Positions 20,806 through 32,640 of a DNA stretch of 64,000 bases are shown piece after piece. Positions within the stretch are counted from its first letter, which is position 1. Each line of letters begins with the position of its first letter. The stretch covers positions 47,203 to 111,202 of the forward strand of contig JBJEKI010000047.1 of NCBI GenBank assembly GCA_051878555.1, written 5' to 3'. The translations under genes and the position numbers were made by a program. Under the pieces are notes generated by a model. It was not told the origin of the DNA and did not search any database. It saw only the letters and a program-made list of their open reading frames with translations. This stretch comes from Lepagella sp. GTDB taxonomy: Bacteria > Bacteroidota > Bacteroidia > Bacteroidales > Muribaculaceae.

Positions 20806-22056
20806 TCAGATCTCACGCGCTCCGATATCCTGACGGTAGAAGAGTTCGGGGCAATCGATCTGCGCCACCGAGCGGTAGGTTTGGTCGTGAGCCTCGGCGA
20901 GTGTCTTGCCACTCCCCAACACCATCAGCACGCGCCCGCCCGCACTCAGAAGATCCGAGCCACTGCGCTTCGTGCCCATCTGGTATACCTTGCCCTCTAC
21001 TCGTTCCATGCCGCCGATCAGGTGTCCCTTGTCATATTTGCCGGGATAACCTTTGGCTGCCATCACGACTCCGAGCATATAATCCTGATTCCAGACTATC
21101 TCGAAGTCTGCCCCTGTCAGTGAGGCTTCGATCAGTGAGTAGAAGTCGCTCTCCATGCGGCTCAACACCACCTCCGTCTCCGGGTCGCCGAAGCGGGCGT
21201 TGAACTCAATCACTTTCGGTGTGTCGCCATGAAGGATCAAGCCTCCATAGAGCACGCCGGTGAATGGCACACCCTCTGCCACCATGGCATCTGCCACCGG
21301 TTGCATAATCGTGCGCAACGCCTTCTCACGGATCTCCGAAGTGACGAATGGCACGGGAGAATAGGCTCCCATACCACCCGTGTTGGGCCCCTTGTCACCA
21401 TCGTAGGCACGCTTATGGTCGCGTGCTATGTCGAGGGGGTAGAGCTTATTGCCATTGACGATACACATGAAGGAGAACTCAGGCCCGTCGAGGAACTCCT
21501 CGACCACCACACGCCCCTTGCCGAAACTCTCATCCAAGAGCATGTCGCGAAGTGCCGTTTCCGCCTCTTCAAGGCTCATCGCCACCACGACTCCCTTGCC
21601 GGCCGCCAATCCGTCATATTTGATCACGACAGGTATCGGTCCCGCCTTGACGTAGGCCAAAGCCTCGTCATAGTCGGAAAAGGTGCGGTAGGACGCCGTA
21701 GGCACTCCGTGGCGTGCCATCAAGTCTTTGGCATATTCCTTGCTCGTCTCGATGCGTGCCGCCGATTTCGTAGGCCCGAAAATCTTCAATCCCGCTGCCC
21801 GAAATTCATCGACGATACCCACTGCCAACGAGGCTTCCGGACCTACCACCGTGAGGTCGATACCCTCTTCTATGGCAAATCGCTTGAGCCCCTCGACATC
21901 TTCTACCGAGATCGAAACACACTCTGCTTGCGCGGCAATGCCTGCATTGCCCGGTGCACAATAGATCTTCGCTACGCGCTCCGAACGTGACAGCGCATCG
22001 ACTATGGCGTGGCATCTGCCGCCACTCCCCACCACAAGTACCTTCTTATCCTTCAT
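20806..22056 (-). CDS. purD: Phosphoribosylamine--glycine ligase
   Basis: GSGGRCHA, APGNAG, DGLAAGKGV, GPNTGGMGAY and EFNARFGDPE motifs. Confidence 0.97.
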   Translation of the reverse strand: MKDKKVLVVGSGGRCHAIVDALSRSERVAKIYCAPGNAGIAAQAECVSISVEDVEGLKRFAIEEGIDLTVVGPEASLAVGIVDEFRAAGLKIFGPTKSAARIETSKEYAKDLMARHGVPTASYRTFSDYDEALAYVKAGPIPVVIKYDGLAAGKGVVVAMSLEEAETALRDMLLDESFGKGRVVVEEFLDGPEFSFMCIVNGNKLYPLDIARDHKRAYDGDKGPNTGGMGAYSPVPFVTSEIREKALRTIMQPVADAMVAEGVPFTGVLYGGLILHGDTPKVIEFNARFGDPETEVVLSRMESDFYSLIEASLTGADFEIVWNQDYMLGVVMAAKGYPGKYDKGHLIGGMERVEGKVYQMGTKRSGSDLLSAGGRVLMVLGSGKTLAEAHDQTYRSVAQIDCPELFYRQDIGAREI

Positions 22057-22070
22057 TACCTTTATCTATA

Positions 22071-23600
22071 TTAATGTTTGAAGTGACGCATGCCGGTGAA
22101 GAGCATGGCGATTCTTTTCTCGTTGGCTTTCTTGATGGAGTCTTCATCGCGGATGCTTCCTCCCGGCTGAACGATGGCGCTGACTCCATAGTGTGATGCC
22201 TGCTCCACGGTGTCGTCGAAGGGAAGGAATCCGTCGGATGCCAATACCAAGCCTTCGGTGGCTCCGGCTGCTTTAGCCTCTTCCAAGGCGATGCCTGCCG
22301 AGCCGACACGGTTCATCTGGCCTGCTCCCACACCAAGTGTGGCGCCATCTTTCACCACGACGATGGCGTTCGACTTAACATGCTTCACGATCTTCCAACC
22401 GAAGTCCATGTCTGCCAATTCCTGTGCCGATGGGTGACGCTCTGTCACGGTCATTGAGTCGACGATGTCGAGACACTCTGTGTCAGCATCCTGCACCAGC
22501 ATGCCGCCGGTCACACCGACGTATGCCGGACGACTCTCATGGCCATCTTCCATCTTCACCTCTAATACACGAAGGTTTTTCTTCTTCGAGAAGACCTCCA
22601 ATGCGCCGGCGCTGAACGATGGTGCCATCACGATCTCCAAGAAGATAGGCTTCATCTCGAGTGCCACCTCTTCGGTGACTTCGCGGTTGAACGCCACGAT
22701 GCCGCCATAGATGCTCACCTTGTCTGCCTCGTAGGCGCGTGTCCATGCCTCCATTACATCCTTGCCTACTGCTGCCCCACAGGGATTCATGTGCTTCAAG
22801 CCCACACAGAAAGGCTCGCTGAATTCGCTCACGATCTCGAGAGCTGCATTGGCATCCTGTATGTTGTTGTAAGAGAGCTCCTTACCCTGAATCTGACGGG
22901 CGGTTGCCACGCTGTAGGAATACTCCTTGGCGGTGCGATAGAACTTAGCCTTCTGATGAGGATTCTCACCATAGCGGAGGCTCTGCACTTCGTCGAATGC
23001 CAAGAAAAGCTTCTCGGGCAGACCTGCCTGACGTCGCATATATGTGGCGATATGGCTGTCGTAAAGCGCAGTGTGTGTATACGCCTTGGCTGAGAGCTGA
23101 AGTCGTGTCTCGGGGGTCGTATTGCCATTTGCCTCGATCTCTTCGAGTACTTTCGAATAGTCGTCGGGATCACATACCACGGTCACACTCTTGCAGTTCT
23201 TCGCTGCCGAACGAAGCATCGAGGGCCCGCCTATATCGATGTTCTCGATGGCATCTGCCAGAGTTACATCAGGCTTCGCTACTGTCGCCTCGAAGGGGTA
23301 GAGGTTCACACATACTAAGTCGATCAGGCCGATGCCATTCTCGGCGAGTTGCGCCATATCTCCCTCATTGTCGCGACGTCCCAACAGCGCGCCATGCACC
23401 TTGGGGTGGAGTGTCTTTACTCTGCCGCCGCATATCTCCGGAAATCCGGTGATCTCGCTGATGCCGGTCACTGCCAAACCACTCTCTTCGAGCATCTTCT
23501 GAGTGCCGCCGGTGGCGATGATCTCCCATCCAAGTCGCTTCAGGGAGTGCGCAAATTCCACAACTCCTCTCTTATCACTTACGCTTACTAAAGCTTTCAT
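22071..23600 (-). CDS. purH: Bifunctional AICAR transformylase/IMP cyclohydrolase
   Basis: GRVKTLHP, IDIGGPSMLR, RYGENPHQ and QPGGSIRD motifs. Confidence 0.97.
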   Translation of the reverse strand: MKALVSVSDKRGVVEFAHSLKRLGWEIIATGGTQKMLEESGLAVTGISEITGFPEICGGRVKTLHPKVHGALLGRRDNEGDMAQLAENGIGLIDLVCVNLYPFEATVAKPDVTLADAIENIDIGGPSMLRSAAKNCKSVTVVCDPDDYSKVLEEIEANGNTTPETRLQLSAKAYTHTALYDSHIATYMRRQAGLPEKLFLAFDEVQSLRYGENPHQKAKFYRTAKEYSYSVATARQIQGKELSYNNIQDANAALEIVSEFSEPFCVGLKHMNPCGAAVGKDVMEAWTRAYEADKVSIYGGIVAFNREVTEEVALEMKPIFLEIVMAPSFSAGALEVFSKKKNLRVLEVKMEDGHESRPAYVGVTGGMLVQDADTECLDIVDSMTVTERHPSAQELADMDFGWKIVKHVKSNAIVVVKDGATLGVGAGQMNRVGSAGIALEEAKAAGATEGLVLASDGFLPFDDTVEQASHYGVSAIVQPGGSIRDEDSIKKANEKRIAMLFTGMRHFKH

Positions 23601-23664
23601 CTATTTCTTTTAATTGTTCGATTTTGGGTTGCTTTCTTTCTCTTTCTCTTGGCCGGGGTTACAT

Positions 23665-24690
23665 TTATACCAATGTCACTCCCGAGCCTTTCACTACCTT
23701 GCCGATCTCTCGAGCATCGATGCCCGAGTTGCGGAGTGTCTCGATCGCCTTCTCTGCCTCTTCTGCACGAACTGCGATCACCATGCCGATACCCATATTG
23801 AAGATGTTGAACATCTCGCGACGAGGAAGATTGCCATACTTGCGGAGCAGATCGAACACCGGGAGGATATCCCAGCTGCCATCCTTGATTTCCACGCCGA
23901 GTCCTTCGCCCAAGATGCGGGGAATGTTCTCGTCGAAACCACCGCCCGTGATATGAGCTACACCATGCACTTCCACATCTTTGATCAGCTTCAGCACAGG
24001 CTTTACATAGATTGCTGTCGGGGTCAGGAGCATCTCGCCGAGTGTCTGCTCACCCGTCTCTTCATAGCGCGAGTTAAGATCCAACTTGGCATCTGCCACA
24101 ATCTTACGCACCAATGAGAAGCCGTTGGAGTGTACTCCGGTCGAGGGAAGGCCGATCAGCACATCACCCTCTGCCACCTTCGAGCCGTCGATCAGGTTAT
24201 CTTTCTCCACAGCGCCGACAGTGAAGCCGGCGATGTCATAATCTTCGGGGGCATACATGCCCGGCATCTCGGCAGTCTCGCCGCCCACCAAGGCACATCC
24301 CGCCTGGCGGCATCCCTCTGCCACACCCGATACAATCGCCTCCACCACTTCCGGACGATTGTGACCCACTGCCACATAGTCCAAGAAGAGAAGAGGTTCG
24401 GCTCCCTGTGCCAACACGTCGTTGACACACATTGCCACTGCATCGATGCCGATCGTGTCGTGTCGATCCATTGCGAAGGCTATCTTCAACTTTGTGCCGA
24501 CACCATCGGTGCCACTCACCAAGATAGGATGCTTATAGCCCAACGAGCCGAGGTCGAACATGCCGCCGAAGGCGCCGATGCCTCCCATACAGCCCGGACG
24601 AGTGGTGGATGCCACATGCTTCTTGATGCGGCTCACCACCTCATATCCTGCTTCAAGATTTACTCCTGATGCTTCATAACTTTTTGCCAT
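23665..24690 (-). CDS. purM: AIR synthase
   Basis: [29 protein letters not shown] and FNMGIG motifs. Confidence 0.97.
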   Translation of the reverse strand: MAKSYEASGVNLEAGYEVVSRIKKHVASTTRPGCMGGIGAFGGMFDLGSLGYKHPILVSGTDGVGTKLKIAFAMDRHDTIGIDAVAMCVNDVLAQGAEPLLFLDYVAVGHNRPEVVEAIVSGVAEGCRQAGCALVGGETAEMPGMYAPEDYDIAGFTVGAVEKDNLIDGSKVAEGDVLIGLPSTGVHSNGFSLVRKIVADAKLDLNSRYEETGEQTLGEMLLTPTAIYVKPVLKLIKDVEVHGVAHITGGGFDENIPRILGEGLGVEIKDGSWDILPVFDLLRKYGNLPRREMFNIFNMGIGMVIAVRAEEAEKAIETLRNSGIDAREIGKVVKGSGVTLV

Positions 24691-24704
24691 CTCGTTCAGC
24701 TCTT

Positions 24705-25418
24705 TTATTTGAGTGAGTTAAGACGGCTGTCGATCTCTTCGTAGGCTCCGATCACGTTGCCAAGGTCGCGACGGAAACGGTCTTTGTCGAGCTTCTCGTT
24801 GGTCTTGGCATCCCACAGACGGCAGGTGTCGGGGCTGATCTCGTCAGCAAGTACGATCTTGCCATCTGCTGTCTTGCCGAACTCGATCTTGAAGTCGATC
24901 AGACGAATGCCGATCTTTGAGAAGAGCTCTTTGAGCAATGTGTTGATACGAGCGGTCATATCGTAGATTTCTGCCAACTCCTCGTAGGTGGCTGCACCAA
25001 GTGCCACAGCGTGGTGATCATTGATCAGAGGATCGCCAAGTGCATCATTCTTGTAGCAGATCTCCATGATCGTGTTGGGAGCGGGTGTCCCCTCTTCGAT
25101 GCCGAGTCGTTTCGCCATCGAGCCGGCGATCACGTTGCGTACGATTACTTCCAAGGGCACGATGCTTACCTTCTTGCAGAGCTGATCACGATCGTTCAGT
25201 GTCTCGATGTAGTGTGTAGGGATCCCTGCCTCATTCAGCTTCTTGAAGATGATGGTGGTGATCTCGTTGTTCAAGACTCCCTTGTTGTCGATCGTCGCCT
25301 TCTTCAGATTGTTGAATGCGGTCGCTGCATCCTTGTAGTGGATGATTACAAGGTTCTCATCGTCGGTTGCATACACTTGTTTTGCTTTGCCCTCATAGAG
25401 CATCTCTTTCTTTTCCAT
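24705..25418 (-). CDS. purC: SAICAR synthase
   Basis: Start trimmed to [13 protein letters not shown]; [21 protein letters not shown] and LDKDRFR motifs. Confidence 0.96.
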   Translation of the reverse strand: MEKKEMLYEGKAKQVYATDDENLVIIHYKDAATAFNNLKKATIDNKGVLNNEITTIIFKKLNEAGIPTHYIETLNDRDQLCKKVSIVPLEVIVRNVIAGSMAKRLGIEEGTPAPNTIMEICYKNDALGDPLINDHHAVALGAATYEELAEIYDMTARINTLLKELFSKIGIRLIDFKIEFGKTADGKIVLADEISPDTCRLWDAKTNEKLDKDRFRRDLGNVIGAYEEIDSRLNSLK

Positions 25419-25470
25419 TGCTATTATTGGGTTATTGATTGTTTCCTTATTTCGTTTTGGTTGACTCTTT

Positions 25471-28400
25471 TTATCCATTGACTTTGCGGAAGTAGTCTAC
25501 CGCATTTTTGAAGAGATTCTGCGACTTATTGCCTGCCACATTCTTCATCAGCCCTTCGCGATAACGCTCGGAGTGCCCCATCTTGCCTAAGATATGACCA
25601 TCAGGTGAGATGATACCCTCGATCGCCCACGATGATCCGTTGGGGTTGTGGGGTGATTGCATGGTGGCATGTCCTGTCGTAGGATCGGCATATTGGAATG
25701 CTATCTGGCCATTGTCGAAGAGCTCCTTGAGCAGAGCCTCGTCAGCCACGAATTTACCCTCGCCGTGCGACATAGCCACTGAGTGGTGATCGCCACACTC
25801 GAAGCTGCTGAGCCAGGGAGATGCCACTGTGCCGACGCGTGTCTGTGCGATCTGCGAGATGTGGCGGTTGATATCGTTGCGGAATAGGGTAGGGCTCTCC
25901 GGTGTCAATTCGCCAATCTTGCCGTAGGGGAGAAGTCCCGACTTCACCAAGGCTTGGAAGCCGTTGCAGATACCCAAGATCAGTCCGCCACGCTCCAAGA
26001 GTCGCTCCACGGCGCTCTTTACATGTTCGTTCAGAAGCACGGTGGCGATGAATTTGCCCGAGCCGTCAGGCTCGTCGGCTGCCGAGAAACCGCCGCTGAT
26101 CGCCAGAATATGGCATGCGTCGATCTCGGCTGCCATCTCACGGCATGAGTCGTTGATATCTTCAGCGCTCAGATTGCGGAACACACCGATATTCACCTCC
26201 GCACCCTCTGCCATAAAGGCTGCCTGCATATCGTAGTCGCAGTTGGTGCCGGGGAAGACGGGCAGGTACACTCTCGGATGTTCCACGGCTTCTCCCTTAT
26301 ATCCCTCCACGCTGCGGGTGCAGTAGGCATCGGGTGCCTCGCCGCGGCTCTCAGCCCGGTCGGGATAGATGGCGTTGAATCGCTCTCTGATCTTCTCTGC
26401 CAGCATCTCTCCGGCATAGTTGTGATGGTCGATCTTGACCACATTCTCTTCGATGGTGTAGCCGATAAATTCAACGCCCGGAATGTTCACCGGCTCTTTG
26501 GCCTCGATCACGATCGAACCGTAGGCGCAGTCGAAGAGTGCCTTTTCATCGTAGGAGACATCGACTCCCACGCGGTTGCCGAGCGACATCTTAACTAATG
26601 CCTCGGCGAGACCGCCCATACCTATGGCATAGGCACTCACCACATTGCCGGTAGCTATCTCTTGATGCAACGCTTCGTATGCCCTCTTCAGTCCCTCGGT
26701 GTCGGGCATCTTGTTGGCAAGCGGACTATGTTTCACTAAGTATACGCCATGGTTGGCCTTCTTGAAGTCGGGGCTGATCACATGGCGCGCATCCACAATC
26801 ACTGCGCCGATGGCTATCAGTGTCGGGGGAACGCTGATTTCGCCGAAGGTGCCGCTCATCGAGTCTTTACCTCCGATCGAAGGAAGTCCCAATTCTTTCT
26901 GCATGCGGAGCGTGCCAAGGAGTGCTGCCAAGGGCTTGCCCCATGCCTGCTCGTTGCTCATACGCTCGAAATATTCCTGGTAGGAGAAGCGCATACGACG
27001 ATAGTCGGCACCGGCTGCTACTGCCTTTGCCACGGCATCCACCACCGAGTAGGCTGCCCCATGATAGGGACTCCAGCTCATGATGTAGGGATTGAAACCC
27101 CAACTCATCATGCTTGCCGTGTGAGTGGTGTGTGGCCCTACAGGCAGCTTCTGCACGCTCACCTGGGTCTCCGTGCCATTGGTCTTGCCGCCAAAGGGCA
27201 TCAACACGGTCGATGCGCCGATCGTCGAGTCGAACATCTCGATAAGTCCGCGCTGTGAAGTGACGTTGGCATCAAGAAGATTGTTGACAAACTTCTCATC
27301 TAAGTCTTTGCCCTCTACTTCGCGAGCGAAGGGATCGCAGAGCTCCACACTCTTGATTACTGCCTTGGCATAGTGGGGTGCACCCGCCGAGTCGATAAAT
27401 TCGCGCTTCAGGTCTGCCACCACCTTGCCGTCGCGCATCATCCGCATACGTCCAGAGTCGGTGACATCCGCCACATGGCGCACCTCTATATTCTCTTCGT
27501 GACAATATCTCACGAACTCTTCCTTATCTTTGGCCTCTACCACCACCGACATACGCTCTTGGCTCTCGGAGATGGCAAGCTCGGTGGCATTGAGTCCGGC
27601 ATATTTCGTAGTGACGCGGTCGAGGTAGATGTCCAGACCATCGGTCAGCTCGCCGATAGCCACGCTCACTCCTCCGGCGCCGAAGTCGTTTGATTTCTTC
27701 ACAAGTCGGGTCACCTCCGGACGGCGGAAGAGTCGCGACAGTTTGCGCTCTTCGGGGGCATTACCCTTCTGAACTTCGCTGCCACACATCTCGAGCGACG
27801 ATTCGTTGTGCTCTTTCGATGAGCCGGTGGCTCCGCCGATGCCGTCGCGCCCGGTGCGCCCTCCGAACATCAGCACCACATCTCCGGCTGCCGGACGCTC
27901 ACGGCGCACATCACATGCCCTCACGGCTCCCGCCACAGCACCAACTTCGAGACGCTTCGCTACATAGCCCGGATGGTAGATCTCGCGTACATGGGTGGTG
28001 GCAAGTCCGATCTGATTGCCGTAGGAGGAATAGCCCGCAGCTGCCACCTTCGAGATGACACGCTGGGGTAACTTGCCCGGCAAGGTCTTGTCGATCGGCA
28101 TATAGATGTCGCCCGCACCGGTGATGCGCATAGCTTGATAGACGTAACTGCGACCACTCAGCGGGTCGCGGATTGCGCCCCCAAGACAGGTCGATGCCCC
28201 GCCGAAAGGCTCTATCTCAGTCGGGTGATTGTGGGTCTCGTTCTTGAACTGGAAGAGCCATTTCTCGGTCTCTCCATCCACGTCTACATCCACATAAATG
28301 CTGCATGCATTGTTCTCTTCGCTCTGCTCCAGGTCGTCGAGCATCCCGTGCTCGCGAAGCCATCTCGCCCCGATTGTGGCAAGATCCATCAGGCAGAGCG

Positions 28401-29187
28401 GCTTTTGCTCTCTACCCAATTCGGCTCGCATCTCATGCCATAAATTCAGACTCTCTTTGATATCTTCGGCGATGAACGAGTCTTCCACACGGATGTCGGT
28501 GAGCTGTGATGTGAAGGTGGTGTGGCGACAGTGGTCGCTCCAGTATGTGTCGAGGATGCGAAGCTCTGTCTCATTCGGATCGCGCCCCTCGGCTGTGAAA
28601 TATTTCACCACTTCCATCAGGTCGTCGCTGTTCATGGCGAGTCCTTTCTCGCGGCAATATGCCCCGGCTGCCTCGAATGTGATGCTCCGGAACCCTTCGA
28701 GCACCTCTACCGGACGAGCATGGGCTCGCTCCGGTAGTGCCAATATGTCAAGATTCTTACGACGTGATTCTACTGCATTGATCAGGTAGTGCGCGATGCG
28801 TTCCATATCCTGCTCATTCACTCCGGAGTCGAAGATATAGAGTCGGGCAGACAAAATCTCTACATCAGCGGTCGGATCCACAAGTCTTACACACTCCCGT
28901 GCTGCTGAGGCTCGCTGATCGAACTGTCCCGGCAAGGCCTCTACTGCCAAGTGGGGATGCCCTGTAAGATCCATCTCATCCATTACATCATCTGTCGCCT
29001 TCTCGCCAAACACTCCATAACGTGTGTCTTCAAGAAGTTGTTCGGAAAATCCGAACAAGTCGTATACGCATACCAAACGTAATTCCTCGATCTTTATCCC
29101 CAATGTCGAACTGAGCTCGCGTCGCAAGCTCTCAGCCTCTACTCTAAATTCAGGCCGCTTTTCAACAAATATACGATGGGTGGTCAT
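25471..29187 (-). CDS. purL: FGAM synthase, single-chain large type
   Basis: [21 protein letters not shown], glutaminase GICNGFQ and GHSER motifs; 1238 aa. Confidence 0.97.
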   Translation of the reverse strand: MTTHRIFVEKRPEFRVEAESLRRELSSTLGIKIEELRLVCVYDLFGFSEQLLEDTRYGVFGEKATDDVMDEMDLTGHPHLAVEALPGQFDQRASAARECVRLVDPTADVEILSARLYIFDSGVNEQDMERIAHYLINAVESRRKNLDILALPERAHARPVEVLEGFRSITFEAAGAYCREKGLAMNSDDLMEVVKYFTAEGRDPNETELRILDTYWSDHCRHTTFTSQLTDIRVEDSFIAEDIKESLNLWHEMRAELGREQKPLCLMDLATIGARWLREHGMLDDLEQSEENNACSIYVDVDVDGETEKWLFQFKNETHNHPTEIEPFGGASTCLGGAIRDPLSGRSYVYQAMRITGAGDIYMPIDKTLPGKLPQRVISKVAAAGYSSYGNQIGLATTHVREIYHPGYVAKRLEVGAVAGAVRACDVRRERPAAGDVVLMFGGRTGRDGIGGATGSSKEHNESSLEMCGSEVQKGNAPEERKLSRLFRRPEVTRLVKKSNDFGAGGVSVAIGELTDGLDIYLDRVTTKYAGLNATELAISESQERMSVVVEAKDKEEFVRYCHEENIEVRHVADVTDSGRMRMMRDGKVVADLKREFIDSAGAPHYAKAVIKSVELCDPFAREVEGKDLDEKFVNNLLDANVTSQRGLIEMFDSTIGASTVLMPFGGKTNGTETQVSVQKLPVGPHTTHTASMMSWGFNPYIMSWSPYHGAAYSVVDAVAKAVAAGADYRRMRFSYQEYFERMSNEQAWGKPLAALLGTLRMQKELGLPSIGGKDSMSGTFGEISVPPTLIAIGAVIVDARHVISPDFKKANHGVYLVKHSPLANKMPDTEGLKRAYEALHQEIATGNVVSAYAIGMGGLAEALVKMSLGNRVGVDVSYDEKALFDCAYGSIVIEAKEPVNIPGVEFIGYTIEENVVKIDHHNYAGEMLAEKIRERFNAIYPDRAESRGEAPDAYCTRSVEGYKGEAVEHPRVYLPVFPGTNCDYDMQAAFMAEGAEVNIGVFRNLSAEDINDSCREMAAEIDACHILAISGGFSAADEPDGSGKFIATVLLNEHVKSAVERLLERGGLILGICNGFQALVKSGLLPYGKIGELTPESPTLFRNDINRHISQIAQTRVGTVASPWLSSFECGDHHSVAMSHGEGKFVADEALLKELFDNGQIAFQYADPTTGHATMQSPHNPNGSSWAIEGIISPDGHILGKMGHSERYREGLMKNVAGNKSQNLFKNAVDYFRKVNG

Positions 29188-29296
29188 ATCTGATTCTTTG
29201 TTTCAGTTTTGGGTTAGGGTGATTTCTTTATTATTGATCTTAGCTCGGCGTCAGCATGTATCCTCCGCTGAGCGTAAAAGTTTTGGATAGAGTTGC

Positions 29297-29770
29297 TTAG
29301 ATCTCGGTAGCGAGAATCTTGCGCTCTTGCTCTGCACGGAATTCGCGAAGCTTGCTACGAAGCTCTTCGTCGGCGATGCTCAGCATCTCGGCGCAGAAGA
29401 TGGCGGCATTCTTCGAGCCGTCGATTGCCATCGTTGCCACCGGAATCCCCGAGGGCATCTGGGCTGTCGACAAGAGGGAGTCCATGCCGCGAAGTGCTTT
29501 CGACATAATTGGCACTCCGATCACCGGCAGGGTGGTGTGGGAGGCTACGACTCCCGCCAAATGGGCTGCGCCTCCGGCTGCCGCTATGAAGGCTACTACG
29601 CCTCTTTCAACTGCCCCGCTTACCCACTCGCCAAGTGCTCCCGGTGTGCGGTGGGCACTCAACACTCTCTTCTCATATTCGATACCAAAGCGTTCTAACA
29701 TCTCAAATGCTCCGGTCATCACTTCGAGATCGCTCGTCGATCCCATTACTACTCCAATCTTTGGATTCAT
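29297..29770 (-). CDS. purE: N5-CAIR mutase / AIR carboxylase
   Basis: MGSTSD, SAHRTP, AGGAAHL and PVIGVP motifs. Confidence 0.95.
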   Translation of the reverse strand: MNPKIGVVMGSTSDLEVMTGAFEMLERFGIEYEKRVLSAHRTPGALGEWVSGAVERGVVAFIAAAGGAAHLAGVVASHTTLPVIGVPIMSKALRGMDSLLSTAQMPSGIPVATMAIDGSKNAAIFCAEMLSIADEELRSKLREFRAEQERKILATEI

Positions 29771-29921
29771 TATTGCGGTCGTTTTGTTTCGTTGTCCTTA
29801 TTCTCTGTGGTATATAAAATCACAGGCGCCCATACCCCCTACGAGGTGGACGCCCATGTTTATGGTCGTTTTTTATGCTGTCGGAATTTTGATGATATGT
29901 CATTACACCCATTTCCATGCG

Positions 29922-29929
29922 CAAAATTA
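29922..29929 (-). promoter_or_regulatory. -7 box TAATTTTG heading the pur/gua unit
   Basis: TAnnTTTG preceded by an A-rich tract, ~150 nt before purE. Confidence 0.65.
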
Positions 29930-30012
29930 CATATTTTTTTCTTTATTTGCAATTTCCGATGCATTCTTTTTATTTCCCGACTCGTTTTACCCCATTTTAC
30001 TGCACTTTTTCG

Positions 30013-31104
30013 CTATTTCTCAGGGCGTGATTCGCAGTAAACACATCTTATGCCATTGCCATCGGCTGAGGGACGGAATAGTCTCTTCACCGCCGCCGGC
30101 TCCAGATTGCTGATGCAACGAGGATTCGAGCATTTATGCTCGCTCTCTATCACATCCCTGCCGAGCAACTCGCGGTGATGCTCAGGCTGATCTTTCCATT
30201 CCAAGAGCTTCAACATCAATGCCATCCTCACGAATTTGCCATTCTCCACTTGGCGGAAGTAGGCGGCTCGCGGATCGCTGTCGACATCGACAGAAATCTC
30301 GTTGACTCGCGGCAGTGGATGCAAGATCCGCATACTCTCTTTGGCTTCTTTCAGCTTCTCAGCGGTCAGCACGAAGCAGTCTTTTACTCGCTCATATTCT
30401 TCGTCGTCGAGGAATCTCTCTTTCTGCACTCTGGTCATGTAGAGCACGTCAAGTTCGCCGATCACCTCTTCGAGCGATTCGACTTCGCGATAGGGCACCC
30501 CCAATTTGTCGCATACCTCATGCTTCATATAGCCGGGGAGACGAAGTTCTTCCGGCGCGATCAGCACCACCTTGATACCTTCGAATTTCGACAAGGCTTT
30601 GATCAGAGAGTGGACTGTACGCCCAAACTTCAAGTCGCCGCAGAAGCCTATGGTGATATGATCCATCCTTCCGATTTCTCTCTTGATGGTTAGCAGGTCG
30701 GTCAGTGTCTGCGTCGGGTGGGCATGCGAGCCGTCGCCGGCATTGATCACCGGTGTGCATGAGTGCATCGCCGATACCAAGGGGGCTCCCTCCGACGAGT
30801 GGCGCATCGCTATGATGTCGGCAAAGCAGTTGATCACTCGGGTCGTATCTGCCACTGTCTCTCCCTTGCTCACCGACGAACTCATCGCGTCGGAAAAACC
30901 TATCACATTTCCCCCAAGTTCCATCATCGCTGATGTGAAACTAAGGCGCGTGCGTGTCGATGGCTCGTAGAAGAGCGTCGCAAGTTTCTTCCCCTTGCAC
31001 ACTTCCGAATATTTCTCCCGATTATCGATGATGTCTAAGGCAAGATCGATGATCTCTGTTAGTTCTTCTGGCCGCAGATCGGTCGGTTCGATTAGATGAT
31101 GCAT
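30013..31104 (-). CDS. pyrB: Aspartate carbamoyltransferase with a fused PyrI-type C-terminal zinc domain
   Basis: EPSTRT, HPTQTL, GDLKFGRT and HPLP motifs; the tail has C-x4-C-x23-C-x2-C. Confidence 0.95.
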   Translation of the reverse strand: MHHLIEPTDLRPEELTEIIDLALDIIDNREKYSEVCKGKKLATLFYEPSTRTRLSFTSAMMELGGNVIGFSDAMSSSVSKGETVADTTRVINCFADIIAMRHSSEGAPLVSAMHSCTPVINAGDGSHAHPTQTLTDLLTIKREIGRMDHITIGFCGDLKFGRTVHSLIKALSKFEGIKVVLIAPEELRLPGYMKHEVCDKLGVPYREVESLEEVIGELDVLYMTRVQKERFLDDEEYERVKDCFVLTAEKLKEAKESMRILHPLPRVNEISVDVDSDPRAAYFRQVENGKFVRMALMLKLLEWKDQPEHHRELLGRDVIESEHKCSNPRCISNLEPAAVKRLFRPSADGNGIRCVYCESRPEK

Positions 31105-31159
31105 ATCGATTGGGTTTTATGAGTTGTTTGATTATTATTGATGTCTCTCTTCTCTCTCC

Positions 31160-31792
31160 TTATTTGTTCATCCAGGATTCGTCGGAGGGATTCGCCATAA
31201 AGCGTCGAAGACGGTCGGCATCTTCGGCAGCGATATAGTTCTCTTTGACAGCCACATCTACCAGAGTGTTGAAGTTCGACAGGGAGTGGTTCTCCACATT
31301 AGCTGCTTTGAGGCGGTCGAGACCTTTCTGCATGCCGTAGGTGAAGATGGAGACGACGCCCAGCACGTCGGCTCCCGCCTCGCGAAGTGCCTCCACCACG
31401 TCGATGCAGCTCCCTCCGGTAGAGATCAAGTCTTCGATCACAACTACTTTCTGTCCCGGCTCCAAGCGCCCTTCGATGCGATTGTTGCGTCCATGATCTT
31501 TGGCGCTACCCCTCACATAGCCCATCGGCATGCCAAGCATGTGGGCGGCGATGGCGGCATGTGCGATGCCCGCTGTGCTCGTGCCCATCAGCACTTCAGC
31601 CTCCGGATAGAGAGACCTTACCTTCTGAGCAATTGTTGTCTCTACAAGTTCACGCACCTTCGGCGCTGTCAAGATAAGTCGATTGTCGCAATAAATCGGA
31701 CTCTTGATGCCGCTCGCCCAGGTGAAGGGATCATCAGGACGTAGAAACACCGCGCGTATCGACAACAGGGCTTTTGCTATTTCTTTTTCCAT
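31160..31792 (-). CDS. pyrE: Orotate phosphoribosyltransferase
   Basis: ASGIKSPIYCDNR and PRPP-binding VIEDLISTGGS motifs. Confidence 0.96.
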   Translation of the reverse strand: MEKEIAKALLSIRAVFLRPDDPFTWASGIKSPIYCDNRLILTAPKVRELVETTIAQKVRSLYPEAEVLMGTSTAGIAHAAIAAHMLGMPMGYVRGSAKDHGRNNRIEGRLEPGQKVVVIEDLISTGGSCIDVVEALREAGADVLGVVSIFTYGMQKGLDRLKAANVENHSLSNFNTLVDVAVKENYIAAEDADRLRRFMANPSDESWMNK

Positions 31793-31829
31793 AAATGTAA
31801 GTTTTTCCGGTTATGTTGTTTCATATATA

Positions 31830-32537
31830 TTATTTCCCAAGGAAGTCGGCGCAACATCTGCGATAGGCCGCCACCGGGTCGTCGGCTGCTGTGATCGGAC
31901 GTCCCACCACGATGAAGTCCGAACCTATCTCGCGAGCTCGTGCAGGTGATGTGATGCGGCTCTGGTCATCTTTGGCGGCATCGGGATAGCGGATGCCAGG
32001 GGTCACGGTCATGAACCCTTCGCCACAAGCCTCTTTTACCAGTGCCGATTCTAATGGAGAGCATACCACTCCGTCGAGTCCCGCTGCTTTGGCATTGCGT
32101 GCATATTGGGCGATAGTGTCATTGATCGATGTGGGTATCAGCAGCTGCTCGTGAAGTGCTTGCTCCGAGGTGCTGGTGAGCTGTGTCACGGCGATGATCA
32201 GAGGCCGACTGCCATCTTCTCTCCCTTCGCGTAGCCCCTCTTCGGCAGCTCGCATCATCTCGATTGTGCCTGCCGCGTGGACATTCACCATGTCGACATC
32301 GAGACGCGACAAGACGCGCATCGCTTTCCGTACTGTGTTGGGTATGTCATGGAGCTTCAGATCCAAGAAAATCTTATGCCCGCGACGTCGAAGTTCTCTC
32401 ACAATCTCAGGCCCCCCGGCATAGTATAATTCCATACCGATCTTGATGAAGGGCTTCTCTTCCTGGAATTTATCCAAAAATGCGTATGTCGCTTCAGGTG
32501 TCGCAAAGTCACACGCTATGATCACATCTCTTTCCAT
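31830..32537 (-). CDS. pyrF: Orotidine-5'-phosphate decarboxylase
   Basis: [18 protein letters not shown] and VGRPIT motifs. Confidence 0.96.
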   Translation of the reverse strand: MERDVIIACDFATPEATYAFLDKFQEEKPFIKIGMELYYAGGPEIVRELRRRGHKIFLDLKLHDIPNTVRKAMRVLSRLDVDMVNVHAAGTIEMMRAAEEGLREGREDGSRPLIIAVTQLTSTSEQALHEQLLIPTSINDTIAQYARNAKAAGLDGVVCSPLESALVKEACGEGFMTVTPGIRYPDAAKDDQSRITSPARAREIGSDFIVVGRPITAADDPVAAYRRCCADFLGK

Positions 32538-32640
32538 ATATATTGTTTTATTTATTTCACGTTTTTATTTCGCTTTTATTATCCCGACACGAAGTTTTTT
32601 CCTGTCGGGCTATCAGCACATTTCCCTAATCTCTCTTCTC

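Noticed and set aside
29790-29920. Known purine, ZTP or ykkC-type riboswitch upstream of purE
   Set aside because: The conserved cores of those families were not found by eye; kept only as an unassigned structured leader.
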